Below, one piece after another: positions 11,494-24,126 of a stretch of DNA of 64,000 nucleotides. The stretch's first letter is position 1. Every line of letters starts with the position of its first letter. The notes below the pieces were generated by a model. That model saw only the letters and a list, made by a program, of their open reading frames with translations, had not been told where the DNA came from and ran no database searches. Position numbers and translations under genes: made by a program. Source of the DNA: Chloropicon primus (Eukaryota). Location of the stretch: the NCBI GenBank assembly GCA_023205875.1, contig CP060761.1, positions 558,001 to 622,000 of the forward strand, read 5' to 3'.

Positions 11494-12601
11494 ATGGAAG
11501 GGGGTTGCTGCTCAACGAGTGGGAGGGTCTACCACGAGACGCAGGTGATGTCGATGTGCGGCGTGCATTGCCTGAACACGCTGCTCCAGGCGAACGCCTT
11601 CAATGAGGTGGACTTGGCTCAGATAGCACACGAGTTGGACAGAAGGGAGAGAGAAGTCATGGCAGAGGGAGGGATCACATCAGAGGACTACCTCAAGGTA
11701 AGGAAGGCAGAGGAAAGTGAAATGCTTCACTTTCCCTTGGGAAGCAGAATGGCCTGACACGACTTCTTCTTGATCTTCACCTGCTTTCGATGGTTTGACC
11801 GGCCGGCCCTTCGTGCAGTTTGTAGCAGCTGATTCGCAGAACGTTTCCGACGAGGGGAACTTCAGCATCCAGGTGCTAGCCGAGGCTCTCAAGATGTACA
11901 GCGTGACTCCCAAGCCGTGGAGGAACGGCCAGAGCGAGCCTCACCTGCAAAGTGCGTTCATCTGCAACCTCAGGGAGCATTGGTTTACGATACGGAGGCT
12001 TGGTGGGCAGTGGTACAACTTGAATAGCCTCGCGAGCACGCCGGAGAAGATAACAGATTTTTATTTGAGCGCCTACCTTGGCCAACTCTCGACAGAGTAA
12101 GTCGTGGCGGACACGCAAGGAAGTGCGATCGCGCTGGGACTGACTCCCTTGCTTTTTCTTTGTCGCGACAGGAAGTACACCATTTTCGTGGTAGAGGGCC
12201 GGCTGCCGCTGAGCGATGAGGCCGCCGGTAGCTCGGAAAGTGGCCACTGGTGGACCGAGGAGGAGATGGAGAGGGCAAAGCAAGCCAAGGCTACTCAGAG
12301 CGGCACCCCTGATGCCTTCTCGAGTGCATTGACGACCACGCTTCACAACATGCAGGACATGTTCTCCAACGTGGGGACCAACGTTACGCAGGCCCTGAGG
12401 CACCTGCAGCCCGGGAGCGGGGCGACCGGTGATGAAGACGCAGACCTGCAAGCTGCTATTCAGGCAAGCCTCGGCGAGGGACAAGGAACGGTGACAGAAG
12501 GGCGGAACCCTGCGTATGGCACAGCTTCTCAGCGAGACCTGGCGCAAGCCCTCGCGGCGAGCCTTGAGGAGTTCAAAGAGAACCAAGAACAAGAACGATA
12601 A
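11494..12601 (+). CDS. ATXN3: Ataxin-3 homolog (Josephin deubiquitinase with UIMs; exons 11494-11697, 11819-12096, 12172-12601)
   Basis: VYHETQ...CGVHCLNTLLQ, GNFSIQVL, HWFTIR and WYNLNS catalytic motifs. UIM-like EDADLQAAIQASL and DLAQALAASL. Confidence 0.92.
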
Positions 12602-12695
12602 TTGCGTTGAATAAATGAAAATGCCGTTATCTCAAAACAAAAAGCAAGAGGAAAAAAGAATAAAATGTTTGGAGTTGCCTCCCGATGGAAGGTGT

Positions 12696-14369
12696 CTATT
12701 TGATTGGGGAGCCGGCGCCATTCATTCGTGGGGAGCCGTGCGCCTGCTGGAAAGAACTTCGCTGATGATTCTGATTCTGCTGATCGCTAAGTTTCAATAT
12801 GGTTTTCTCGACCTCGTTCAAATCAAAATGCTGCTTCAGACCCAACCAGCACTTGTAGTAGTCCCTGTCGATCGTTGGAGCTGCCATCGCAGCAGCAGTG
12901 AGCTTTGGGAACAGGTGCGTCTCGAACATGAATGCCATCGTGTCCCTTCCTATATGATGTGGCTCATCCCCAGGCACGTTGGAAGCGTTCTCAAAAGTCG
13001 TCGTATCAGGACCGTGTGGACTCATGCACAGGTGAAGGGATGAACCGCCGGGCAAGAATCCCCCCTTTTTCGCCTCGTACTCCCCTCGAATCAATCCCAT
13101 GAACTCGCTCATACAGTTCCTGTGGTAGTAAGGAGGCCTGAAAGTGTTCTCTGCCACCGACCACCTTGGTGGGAACACGACAAAGTCTGCAACGGCGACG
13201 CCGGGTTCTTGGCTTTGGCAAGTCAAAACGGTGAAGATGGAAGGATCTGGGTGGTCGTAACCCACGGCGTTCATGGGGCAGAAGTTATCCAAGTCGTACC
13301 TAAAAAGGTGGGAAATCGCTTTAGTTTCGGCCCATGGCAAACTCGTTTGGGCGGACGAAAAGAGGAGAGAGGGGACTTACTTGTAGGGCGCGTAGTTTCC
13401 GTGCCACGCAACCACGTTGTAGGGCGAGAAGGACTGCTGCGCGCTGAACAGGCTGCCATCCATCTTGTGTATCACCTCGTAGCTCTGCTGCATGCCTTCC
13501 CTCTCGAACCAGGCCACGGGAGACTTGAAGTCTTGTGGGTTTGCCAAGCCGTTCGCGCCGATAGGACCCAGGTCGGGCAAGGTGAAGCGACCCTCGAAGA
13601 TCTCCAAAATGTAACCCCTCGCGACGTCGTCAAGCAAGTCCACGCTAAAGCGGATGCCTCTCTGGACCACGAATATCTCCCCCGGCTTCACTTTCATGCA
13701 GCCAAACTCCGTCCTCACCAGGAGGCTGCCCTCCTGCGGGACGACCAGAAAGTCCCCATCAGCATTCGCAAAGCTCGTGTTGTCCATGCTAGAATTCGCC
13801 AAGTAGATGTGTATCGCGAATCCTGACTTGCTTCCTGAGCAGCCGCTCCCGCACATCGTGAACATGCCCCTGATGAAGTCAACCTTACTGTCCCCCTTGG
13901 GCACATCGAAGGGCAACCACCTGATCTGGTTCGGTGTTGTCACCAAGTTGTTGCTCCCTTCACCAAAGTTCCCAATGATCTTGTTGTTCGTAAAGGTAAC
14001 TGGATGAAAGGGCTGCAAATCATGTCAGTCTCAACCCACTCAACCTCTTCCTCTCCCTCTTTCATGCTCAAGATCAAATGGCTGCAGTGCGAAGCGATGG
14101 CGATGGCAATGGAGTGGAGGGAAGCGGTGAGAAAGACGTACCTCGTGGGTGACCGAAGGCCTCATTCGGTAGAGCCAACTCCTTTGGTTCTTCGCCCTCG
14201 GAGCCGTGAACGCCGTGCCAGACACTTGCTCAGCGTAGAGACCATAGGGACACTTTTTGGGGTTGTTTCCCTTGGAAGGAAGAGAACCCTTAACCGCTTC
14301 GGAAGAGATGTGATTACCGAAGCCTGAAGCGTACTCCAAAGTCTCGTAAGACTTGGCCGCCGTGGCCAT
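12696..14369 (-). CDS. HGD: Homogentisate 1,2-dioxygenase (exons 14369-14142, 14012-13381, 13299-12696)
   Basis: [65 protein letters not shown] and HGPD. Confidence 0.97.
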
Positions 14370-14846
14370 GTCGCCCTTGGCTTGCTCTTCCCTCGTCGTC
14401 GTCGCAAAGAAGCTCATGTTCTCGCTCCTCTTCGGCAGCTTTTTTTTTTTTCATGCTGCTGCTGAGCTGGAAAGCAATCAGGCTTGGCTGGCCGTGGGAT
14501 CACAGCACGGCGGAGGTTGTGGATGGAGGGGTTGGAGCGGGAGGGGTTGGAGCGGGGAGGGGAGGGATCAGGACGAGACTCCGTCTCGCGGGCTTTCCAT
14601 CGAGCACTCGCTTGACGAAATGAACCGAGAAACGGATCGATGAAGGAAAGAAACGAGGGTGGACAAGCAACAGCACAAGTCGAGAGCCCTCCAAGGCTAC
14701 TACTGCTTTCGGATTGTTGGACCCCAATGGGTAAGAACGACGGCTTGCTGTCGCTCTTCGTAGCTCAAAACTAGATTACCGTGATTTGCTTCAGTGCAAT
14801 AAAATTTTCTTGAATCAAAATGGAACAAAAACGTGGGTGTACTCGC

Positions 14847-16157
14847 TCAACCTCTTCCTGCCATCACACTCGGCGTGGCATACCCCGTCCTCTCGGTCAC
14901 CGTCATTCTAGGCAGTTCTGCGCTCAGGATGCTCTGCATCGACTGGACCCTCCTGCGCCTCCTGCTTCTCATTTCGGCGACCCTGCCTGAGAGACCAGAG
15001 ACCTTGCTGGACACGTTACCAGAGACCAAAGCCGCCCTCGCCCTCGTCGACTTCCAAAGAGGTCCGAGCTTGCTGTGCAAGGTGCCCGAGTGGACCCCTA
15101 TCGTGCTGGCAGCAGCAACGATGAGGGCGCCCCTGAAGGCAACCTTGAAGGCCCCCCTCAACAAGGCAAAGGCGAAAAAGGTCTTGCGCTCGTGCTGAGC
15201 GTCCGGTGGAGATGGCCCTTCCTCGCTGGCGTCGTCCTCCTCGCTGGAGAACGAAAACGAAACACGAAAGACCAAAGGTGTGAGTCAAAACGAATGTGAG
15301 AGACTCTGTGTGCGCTCCACCCGATCCGTTCCTTACCTCTCCTTCTCCTCCACGGTTCCAAACTTGGAGGGGTGGATGTCCGGGACGGCTCGCTGCTTTT
15401 CTTGTGGCCATGACGCTCCCCAAGTCTCTCCCGGCCAATCCAAGACGCTCACGGGAGTGCCCTGCTGCTGTTGTGTCCCCTTCTCCGCCTCCCTCTCCCC
15501 CGACGCCGCCCTTTCGTCCTCCCGCCTCGTGGGCCAAAGAGTCCTCCTTGGACTCCTCGGGACTTCCTGCGGCGCTGGCTGGGCCTCCGGCTCGTGCCAT
15601 ATCGCCCTGCTCGCCGCCTCGATCAGGTTGACGACCTCCTCCCTCTCCCTCTCCCTGTCCTCGTCCACCTTCGTGTCGATGGGGTGCTCCAGGTCCTCCA
15701 GACCGTCCTCGAGTTCCACCGTGCCGCTCCTCGTGAAACCGATCACCGCCTCCAGCACCGTCCTCTCCCTCACCACGACGTCCACCTTCCTGAGAGCCAA
15801 CCACAGCAGCTCGTCCCTCGCCTCATCGATCTCCTCCAACTCCACCCTCTCTCCGCTTATCCCGTCCTCCAGCTTCTGCTGCAACGCGCTCAGCTTCCGA
15901 CTGACGCTGATGAGGGCCTCCCTCTCGTCCTGGGCATCACGCCTCCGACCGAAGGGGCTCCTGAGAAGGTACTCCGTGTCCTTGCTCGGCGTCGACGCCG
16001 GAGTGCTTCCAGCGGAGGCTGAAGCAATACGCTGGATCGCTCTCGTCATCGCATCCAGTAGCAAGCCAACCTGCTTGTGCGCGAACTGCAGACCATTCAT
16101 GGCCTCCACCCCGAGCCCCCCTACCTCCTCGCCGCCGTACACCTCCACCCCTGGCAT
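14847..16157 (-). CDS. Hypothetical protein, acidic coiled-coil with C-terminal hydrophobic segment (exons 16157-15337, 15243-14847)
   Basis: Two ORFs joined in frame by a GTAAGG..CCAG intron. Probable 5'UTR intron 16328-16164. No family recognised. Confidence 0.65.
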
Positions 16158-17046
16158 CGTAACCTGAACAAGCAAAGCGGTGTCAGTCCCTCACACACAA
16201 CGACAGATGCCCTTCAAATCCTTCGAGGGAGGGGTCGAACGAAAGAGAAAGATGCGAGGATTTCATCCACGACACGCGAAGCGACCTCAAACGCAACCCC
16301 TCGCCGTCACACCAAGCCCAACACTCACCTTTCGATCCCTTCGTTTGCGTTTGTCCCCACCACCAAAAAAAATTAATAATAAAACGGTTCAGAACTCTCA
16401 AATCCTTAATACTGGACCAAATCCTTCGACCAAGGGGTCAAACGAAGCAGAAAGACGCGAGGCGTTCACCGTGCAGCCTCACTCCTTCCCTTGTCCGCCC
16501 CTTTGTCCGCCCGTCTCACCTCAAACCACGGCGCTCTGCCTCTTCCCCTTTTTGGCGGGAATGGGGGAGATTGATTTTGTCCAAATTTGGCGGGAAATCA
16601 TTCTGAATCCGAATTGAATCCTCGAGGGACTGGAGGTCCGTCAAGTGAGGAGCTCTTGGTCTTGGCCTCCTCCTTGACAAGGGAGCATCATCTTTATCGG
16701 TTTCATTCTCCTTCTCCTTCTCATCCATTTATTCTCTCTATCTTGTGTCAAGGTCCTCTTGTCTTTGGTTTCCTTCCTCCTTTCTGTGGACAGCAGACAG
16801 CAACCGGGTTCACCTTCCAGCTTACACAAGGACAAGGACGAGGAAACTCTTCGAGGACGGATACACACGCACGCACAGACAGACAGACAGACAGACAGAG
16901 AGAGAGAGAGGAACGCTGTGTCTGTGTGCGGCCAACGAGGCTTGGGTCTCATCATCTCCTGCCTTTTCATCGACGAGAGACAGCGGCGCCAACATCAGCA
17001 ACTGAATCACCTTGGATTGGCACAGCTTGGACGAGAGACTGCTGCG

Positions 17047-17634
17047 ATGGGGACAGCAACGGCATCAACCTCGGCAGCAACCTCGGCATCAAGAAGATCA
17101 GAAGAGCCGCCGGGAGGAGTTTCGAAGATCGTGAACCCGAAGAAGGAGAAGCTGGTGAAGGAGGCTTTCCGGGACTGGGACAAGGGGGAGAAGGGAGGCC
17201 TGACAAGGCACGAGGCGAACTGTGCCCTCCTCAGCCTGTTTGGGTGCAAGCCCATCGAGAGCGAGCTGGAAAAGTTGTTCGACTCCTCCGAGCTCGAGCT
17301 CCTCCCTCTGGAGTGCTTCCAAGTCTACTGCCGCCACAGGCTTCTGCTGCTGGACAGGGACGAGGACATCCGGCACGCCTTCAAGGCCTTCGACGCGCGG
17401 GGCGACGGGTACATCTCCAGGCAGACGTGCTTGGACACGTTCAGGCAGCACGCGAGCTTCGTGCCGAGGGACGTGGTGGAGCTGGTGTTCGAGGAGGCCG
17501 ACATCGATGGGGACGGCAAGGTGTCTTACAGGGACTTTGTCAAAGTCTGGAAGAGCGCCGATAGCGCCGGGGAGATGGAGGTGACGAAAAACTACGCTCT
17601 CAGCCTCAATCGGCAGCGCTTGCGGTTGGTTTAA
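17047..17634 (+). CDS. EF-hand calcium-binding protein, EFCAB11-like
   Basis: EF loops DKGEKGGLTRHE, DARGDGYISRQT and DIDGDGKVSYRD. LFGCKP and IRHAFKAFD resemble EFCAB11. Confidence 0.82.
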   Translation: MGTATASTSAATSASRRSEEPPGGVSKIVNPKKEKLVKEAFRDWDKGEKGGLTRHEANCALLSLFGCKPIESELEKLFDSSELELLPLECFQVYCRHRLLLLDRDEDIRHAFKAFDARGDGYISRQTCLDTFRQHASFVPRDVVELVFEEADIDGDGKVSYRDFVKVWKSADSAGEMEVTKNYALSLNRQRLRLV

Positions 17635-17674
17635 ACGATCAAACGGTGTGTATTACGTGTGTGTGGTGTATGCC

Positions 17675-20600
17675 CTATGCTACAACTTGGTTTCTTGACT
17701 GCAGGAGGTACACCTCCCCCTGGCGGATTGCGCCCTCGATGTCCTGGGCCGTTCCGCAGTGACCCTCCACCTGCAGGGCGATCTTGGCGATCCTCGTGGC
17801 CAGCTCCTCTTGGAACTGAGCGTCCCACATGAGGGGCTCGTTCGAGTAATTCACCGGGCTCGCGACCGTGCCAAGGGTCGCCACGCTGTCGTAAAGCCCC
17901 GCGCCGGCGAAGCTCTCCAAGTCCTCTCCGTTCGAGTCGGATCGAGCGATGACGCTTCCTTCCTCCGGCGCAAAGTAAGCCGTGGGCTTGGAAGGCAGGG
18001 TCAAAATCTTCACCGACTCCGATTCCTTGTTGTACAGGAAGCTCAGAGCCTTGCCGGGGTCGTTGCCCACGAGCGCTTCCCCCAGGCCCACGACGATCTC
18101 GCCGAAGACTTCGTTGGCGTCCAGGGATATCGGGTTCGTCGTGTGCAGCACAAAAGCGTACTCGGCGGGAACCAAGTCCATCAGAAGGACCGCCATGGAA
18201 AGGTCCTCCTCCGCAATCCCGCAGGCCTTTCGGCTGAGGTAAGCCCTCTCCGTCCACTTGCTCGCCCAGACGCTCTTCACCGCCTCCCAGAGCTCCCCCT
18301 CGATCATCTCAGAGCCGGGCACGTGCTCCAGGCCCGCCTGCAGGCTATCCTGCAGCTCCGCCCTGAGCTCTTCGGGCAGGCTGAGGCTCCCCACGAGCGA
18401 TCGAATGGCCTCCAACTCTCGCCTGACCTCCTCCGGGCCTCCTGCAGCTTCTTTCAGTCCCTTGAGGGCGTCCTTGAGCTCACTGTCGGCCTCCCCGTCG
18501 CTTTCCAGGGCCTTCTCAAAGCTCCCAAAAGGCAGGGAAAAGGAGGAGGGCGTGGTCACCCCAGACAACTCTTTTGATATCTTGTGCAGAGCTCCCAAGT
18601 TGAAACTCTTTCCCCCGACAACGCCCCGCTTGTACTCGCTGGGTGTGAGAACCCAATTTTCAGACTTTTCGGGAGGAATGAGCTTGAGAGCTTCCACGAC
18701 CTTCTTCTCGCCCCTCTTGCCGTTAGCCAGCAGCTCGGCCTCCGCGATCTCCTCGAGGAAAATCTTGCCGGTCGTGCTGTCGCAGCACACCTTCGCCGGC
18801 ACCCCCTTGCCGGTGGCGGACATTGCCTCCCACTCCTTGGTGTCAGAGCAGGAAGCCAGGAACACGCCCGTGTTCCTGGCCCTGATCGCGATGTGGCTCA
18901 GAATGTCGATGGGCGACGCCGTCAGGACCGCTACAACGCCCTCCGGAATGTCCTCCAACCCGCCCAAGCCCTCGGACAGCAGCACAATTGGCGCGGCCTC
19001 AAAGCTCTCGCCTTGCAACTCGCTCAAGTTCTCCACCAGAATTTCTCCCTTGGCATCCCCAGAGAGCGGGCTCACGACGTTCCAAGTGCTGCCCCCCGAC
19101 GCCGCCTTGATCGGCTTCTGCAGCCTGTTGATCATCCCCGAGAGCACAAACAGAGGGTGGCCCCTCACGATCTCCTCGCCAAAATTGAGGATGTAGCTAT
19201 CCGGCACTTTGGCCGCCTGGCCAATGGCCTCCGCGGCAGGCTGAGTGACGCTCGTCAGGCCGTCCATGAATTTGCCAAGAGAGATGGAGAGGTACTCCAG
19301 GGCGGAGTCTGCGGCTCTGGCCCACTCCTCTGACCACCTCGACTCCTCGCTCATCATCCGTTGCCAGAGGTGCAAGGCGTTCACGAGCCCTGGGTCGTCC
19401 GTAGAAATCGTCCCGCTCCTCAGCGCGAGTTCGGCCACGGAGATCACGTCGTCGTCGGACAGGGAATACAAGTCAATCTGCTCGATCTTCGTCCTCAGGA
19501 AAGATTCAAGGCAGATGTCCAGCAGAAGGACGTCCCTGGGGCACCCGGGGTTCTTCCACTGGTCGGCGAGCTTGCTTCTGATCTCCACGATCTTCCCCGG
19601 GACCCACCAAGCGTCCCGATTCTGCAGCAAATCGTCCACCTCCCAAGCGACGTCGTCTGGGAGGTGCCCCCTGGCCATCGTCATCGCGGTGTCCAAGTCT
19701 CCCCCGCTGTGCGTGACCTTGAGTATCCAAAGCAGGTGCTCAAAGTCGGGGATCATGTGGGGCATGTGGTTCGCAGGCCCAGTGATCCCAGAGTTGTTCT
19801 TCCAGCCCACTTTCATGGCACCGAGATCCTCCCGGCTCAAGCCGCCGTGGTCCCACAGGTGCCCCCAAAAGTCGTCCCACATTCCAGTTCGAAGAAAATG
19901 CAGGTAAGCCTCGCAGATCGCAATGTCGTCGACCGTCGTGCTCGAGTGAAGCTTCTGGTGCCACTGCGCCAGAAAAGTGTCCTCGATCCCTGGCCTGTGG
20001 CCCTCCTTGATCCCGTGGGTCCTCAGAATGTTCAGGATCCCCATCCTGATGTCGTCCCCGTTGCCCCCGCCCCTGGGAAGGGTGGCCATAACGTTCCTGA
20101 ACAGGTGGCGAACGAGCGGGTCCAGCCTGCCGTCGCTCACGCAGCCGGCCACGTTCTCGGCGAAGCTCTTCTGCAGCGACGCCATGTCCTTCCCCTGGTA
20201 GTTGCCAGAGGTGTACCACTGCAGCTGCCTGTTCGCACTCAAACGGATCCACGCCAGCATCGCTCCGGCCCCCTTGGCCCCCGCCCTTGCCTCGTCGAGG
20301 AGCTCGCTCGCGAGCTGGTACCGCCTGAACAGACCGATCCCGCCCCTCTCAAAGCCCCCTGCGTCCCCGGAGACGGCTTCTTCCGCGGCGGCCCTCTCCA
20401 CCACCGCGTTTGAGTTTGGGTCCGGCGCGCACGTCGGTATCGACAGATCGCCCTTGCCGTCCTCCCCGTGGAGCCAGTTCTCCCCCGAGACGAGAATTCC
20501 GACGATTCCCGTGACCCCGGTCTCCTCCGAAGCCGCCCTCGGGATCACAAACCGGAAGGAGTTCTCCTCGGCGCAAGTTGGCGGCGTGCGCAGGGCTTTC

Positions 20601-21082
20601 CCGTCCCCAAAGTCCCGCGAGTTCTCGGGCCGGATGCTCGAGGGGGGGAGGGACCACTCCCTGCCCTCCGGCCCCTTGTGATGCGTGCATCGTGTTCGTG
20701 GAGAGAGAGAGCAAGCAGTTTACTGTGTCAACAGAAGATAGGTCTCCTCGCCCTCTCCGTCGTCTCGCGGTGATTGCAGCAGACCACTCACCTGAACCGC
20801 CCAGTGCAGCTCGAGCCCCTCCAAGTCCTCGAGCTCACCCGCATCGACAAGGACTTCCACGTCCCCCGTGGAAGGGTTCACGTATGACTTGAGGGGAACC
20901 TCCTTCCCTTGCACCGTCCTCGTTTGCTGAAAGGAAGGAACCGGAACCTCCGAGGAGGAGGAGGAAGAAGAAGAAGAACGAACTGTCGTCCCACGGCGAG
21001 CGTTACGACTGTTACCCTTTCCCCGAACACGGCCACCGAACCCCTTCCCCCTCAACCTCACCTTCTCCAGACTCACGATCAT
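17675..21082 (-). CDS. GWD: Alpha-glucan water dikinase, plastidial (exons 21082-20792, 20674-17675; possible extra micro-exon 21242-21225)
   Basis: CBM45-like LELHWAV..EW..PP, QWHQKLH, phosphohistidine motif DILSHIAIRARN, VGGKS, VWASKW, RSDSNGEDLESFAGAGLYDS and QDIEG. Confidence 0.94.
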
Positions 21083-21425
21083 CTCATTCTCAATCAGCTG
21101 CAGACAGAGAGAGACAGAGACAGACAGAGAGAAGGAAAGGAACACGTTAGTCGTGGCGCCTGGAGGTGAAGCAGAAGAGACAGAGACGGAGACGGAGAGC
21201 GGTGACCCCTCTCGTCTTCCTTACCTGAAGCAGGTACAACATTCCATCCAATCATTCAACCACATCCATCGTGGGTTGGATCATCATCATCGCGGAGCAA
21301 GAGAGAAGGAGAAAAAAGAGAGAGAGAGAGAGAGAGAAAAGAAAAGGTTTCAGAAGATAACGAAGACGAGGACCAACCCACTGGAGTACTCCCTCCTCCC
21401 TTACAATGCCCCAGCAAGCAAACGA

Positions 21426-21480
21426 TCACGATCGACACGATCGATCTTTTTTCTGATCGATCGATCGTGATCGATCGTGA
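21426..21480. repeat. GATC-rich inverted repeat (hairpin)
   Basis: TCACGATCGACACGATCGATC pairs with GATCGATCGTGATCGATCGTGA with one bulge. Confidence 0.7.
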
Positions 21481-21513
21481 GCCTCTCCTTTGGGGGGGAA
21501 GGAAATGTTGCGT

Positions 21514-21533
21514 CTACTTCAAATTTGAAGTAG
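21514..21533. promoter_or_regulatory. Perfect 20-bp palindrome in the GWD/MnSOD divergent promoter
   Basis: CTACTTCAAATTTGAAGTAG. Near-identical copy at 24856-24875. Function inferred. Confidence 0.55.
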
Positions 21534-21617
21534 CTTTCGAGTAGTTCTGACTTTGTTCCCTTGAGATATGAATTACGGGAAAGTCTCGGGTTCCAAAAAA
21601 AGCAAAAGAGAGAAGAG

Positions 21618-21618
21618 A

Positions 21619-21665
<47 letters not shown>

Positions 21666-21699
21666 GATGACGACGAGGATGACGACGAGGATGATGATG
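21618..21699 (+). repeat. (GAC)n microsatellite grading into GATGACGACGAG units at the MnSOD start
   Basis: Directly visible. Confidence 0.95.
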
Positions 21700-22716
21700 A
21701 GCACGATAGGGAGGGTTTTGAATTCGGGGTCCATTGGTTTTTCTTCCTCTGCAGTGACCAAACTCACGTCTGTGTCGATGTTGAGTTTGACTCAGGTTCA
21801 GGCCAAACATACTTTGCCTGACTTGCCTTATGACTACTCGGCCTTGGAGCCCGTCATCAGTGGAGAGATCATGGAGCTCCACCATTCCAAGCATCACCAG
21901 GTAATGCAGTGAAACCGCATCGATGCATCGACCACCTTCCTCCTCCTCTCTCTCTCTCTCTCTCTCTCTCTCGAGCTGCTTTTCTTCTGACAGCAAAGCA
22001 TTGGTCTCTCTCTCTCTCTCTCTTGCGATGCCCTGGACATGGCAGGCCTATGTGAACGGATTGAACGCAGCCAGTGAGCAGATGGAAGAGGCTCAATCGA
22101 AAGGTAACTCTCACCCCCTTCCACACAACTCTCTCTCTCTCATTCAGAGAGACAGAATGCGATGCAAATGCATGCTGCTAGCAAGAATGAAACCAGTGGA
22201 CTGACTCTCTCCCTCATTCTCTCATTCTCTCTCTCTCTGTGTGTGTGTGTGTGTGTTGATTGCTTTTGCTTGCCGCTAGGCGATGTTGCGTCGATGACGA
22301 AGCTTGTGAAGGCGATCAACTTCAACGGCGGGGGCCACATCAATCACTCGATCTTTTGGGAGAACTTGTGTCCTGTCAAGGACTACCGTCCACCTCAGGG
22401 TGCGTTGCTGGAGAAGATCAACCAGGACTTTGGAAGCCTGGAGAAGATGCAGGCGAACTTGACCGCCAGCACCGTTGGACTGCAGGGAAGTGGCTGGGGA
22501 TGGCTTGGCTACGACAAGCAGACCGACCAGCTTTACGTCAAGACCATGGCGAACCAGGATCCCCTCAGCTGCGGCGCTCCCCTCTTCGGCATCGATGCCT
22601 GGGAGCACGCGTACTACTTGCAGTACAAGAACGTGAGGCCAGACTACGTCAAGGCGATCTGGGACATTGTGAACTGGAAGGACGTGGAGCAGAGATTCGA
22701 GGCCGCGAGAAAATAA
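21691..22716 (+). CDS. SOD2: Mitochondrial manganese superoxide dismutase (exons ~21691-21900, 22046-22103, 22280-22716)
   Basis: [45 protein letters not shown] and [11 protein letters not shown]. Start codon ambiguous (21667-21697). Confidence 0.96.
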
Positions 22717-22839
22717 GTCGTGCCTTACATCAACAACTTTGAAGCGTTTAATTCCTTTTTTTTTGTTTCCTTCCTCTCCTTCTTCTTCGTTTTCGGGGAG
22801 CTCCTGAGCCTCGGGCAGAGCGTGCGTCGCGGGCCGGCC

Positions 22840-24126
22840 TCACCAGGGCTCGTGGAGGGTTCTCAGCCCCATGACTTGGCTCTCCGTGCCCACGATCTTG
22901 GTGAGCTGGTCGAAATCAACGCTCCTTCCCACCGCGAAAGCAAAGAGCTGGAGCTGGAGGCGAAAGAGCTGCTCGGCCGCGGCGGTGGCCGCCTTGGCCT
23001 GGTAGGAGTCGATCCTCCCGTCCGTCAGGATCAGCACGACGTGCGGCACCTGGCTCTGCCTCGCCCCTCCGCCGCCGTTTCCTGGGCCGGCGTCCTCCTC
23101 CTGGCCCGTGACGCAAGCCTTGCTGAGAGCCAAGGCGATGTTGGTGCCGCCGTTCATTCTGGACATGGTGGCCGCAAACGTGTCAAAGTCTTCCGAGGAG
23201 ATGGGCTGCGGCTGCATCTCCACCTTTACCTCATTACTGAATTGGATGATCGCAAACTTCGCGGTGCCACGAGTCTGGCGGTTGAGGGAGCAGACGGCTT
23301 TGCTCATGAAGCTCGTCATCGTCGTGAAGTCGTCATCGGTAACGCTTCCCGAGCCGTCCACGAGGAAGGTGACCATGATCTCTTGCGTGGCCGGGCACTT
23401 GAGACCGGCGAGGTGGTTGAGCATGGCCTGGACCTCAAAGTCGCAGGGCTGGATCCAAGGGGAGCTCTCCTTTTCCGCGAGGTGCTTCGCCTTGTAGAAC
23501 TTGTGCCACCCGCCCGCGAGCTTGCTGGCCTCCACGCCGATCGCCCCGGGATCGCCCCACCTCTCGATGTACAGCGAGGACCACCTCTGCGTCCTCTGGC
23601 TCACCACGAAATCAAACCTGCGGCAGACGAGGGACAAGGTGCAGAGGTCCTTGAACCCCAGGGCGTCGAGGACCGGGCCGTCCAAGAGCTCGTCCGGGAG
23701 GACCTCGATGATGAGGGCCTCCTTCTGCCTCTGCCTCCTCTTCCTCTTCTTCTGGGCTGCTTTAGCGATGGCCGGGGCGCCCCTCGTTTTGCTCCGCTTG
23801 GACGACCCGGAGGAGGATCCTGAGGCGTCCATCGGCGGCACGGCGGTGCTGTTGGCCTTCTTCCACGCGCCCACCCTCACCCCCCTCCGACTCCTCCTCA
23901 CCTTGGCGGGGATGCCGTCCGTCAGCGGCAGGGGCAACGGCACGGTCCCGCTCCTCTTCTGCCTCGACCTCCTGGACCTCGACCTCGTCACCACCCTGGC
24001 GCTGCCGACCTCCTCCGGTTGGCCCGCCTCCTGGCCCTCCCCTGGCCCCACCACGCCTTGCTCCTGGTTCGGGAACAAGGACGCAGTCAGCCTCCTCGCC
24101 CCGCGAAGCACTTCCCTCAGCAGCAT
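22840..24126 (-). CDS. F-box plus von Willebrand factor A domain protein
   Basis: LPDELL..VLDALGFKDLCTLSLVCRRF F-box. vWA MIDAS motifs FLVDGSGSV, GGTNI and LILTDG. Basic NLS-like KKRKRRQRQK. Start uncertain. Confidence 0.82.
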   Translation of the reverse strand: MLLREVLRGARRLTASLFPNQEQGVVGPGEGQEAGQPEEVGSARVVTRSRSRRSRQKRSGTVPLPLPLTDGIPAKVRRSRRGVRVGAWKKANSTAVPPMDASGSSSGSSKRSKTRGAPAIAKAAQKKRKRRQRQKEALIIEVLPDELLDGPVLDALGFKDLCTLSLVCRRFDFVVSQRTQRWSSLYIERWGDPGAIGVEASKLAGGWHKFYKAKHLAEKESSPWIQPCDFEVQAMLNHLAGLKCPATQEIMVTFLVDGSGSVTDDDFTTMTSFMSKAVCSLNRQTRGTAKFAIIQFSNEVKVEMQPQPISSEDFDTFAATMSRMNGGTNIALALSKACVTGQEEDAGPGNGGGGARQSQVPHVVLILTDGRIDSYQAKAATAAAEQLFRLQLQLFAFAVGRSVDFDQLTKIVGTESQVMGLRTLHEPW

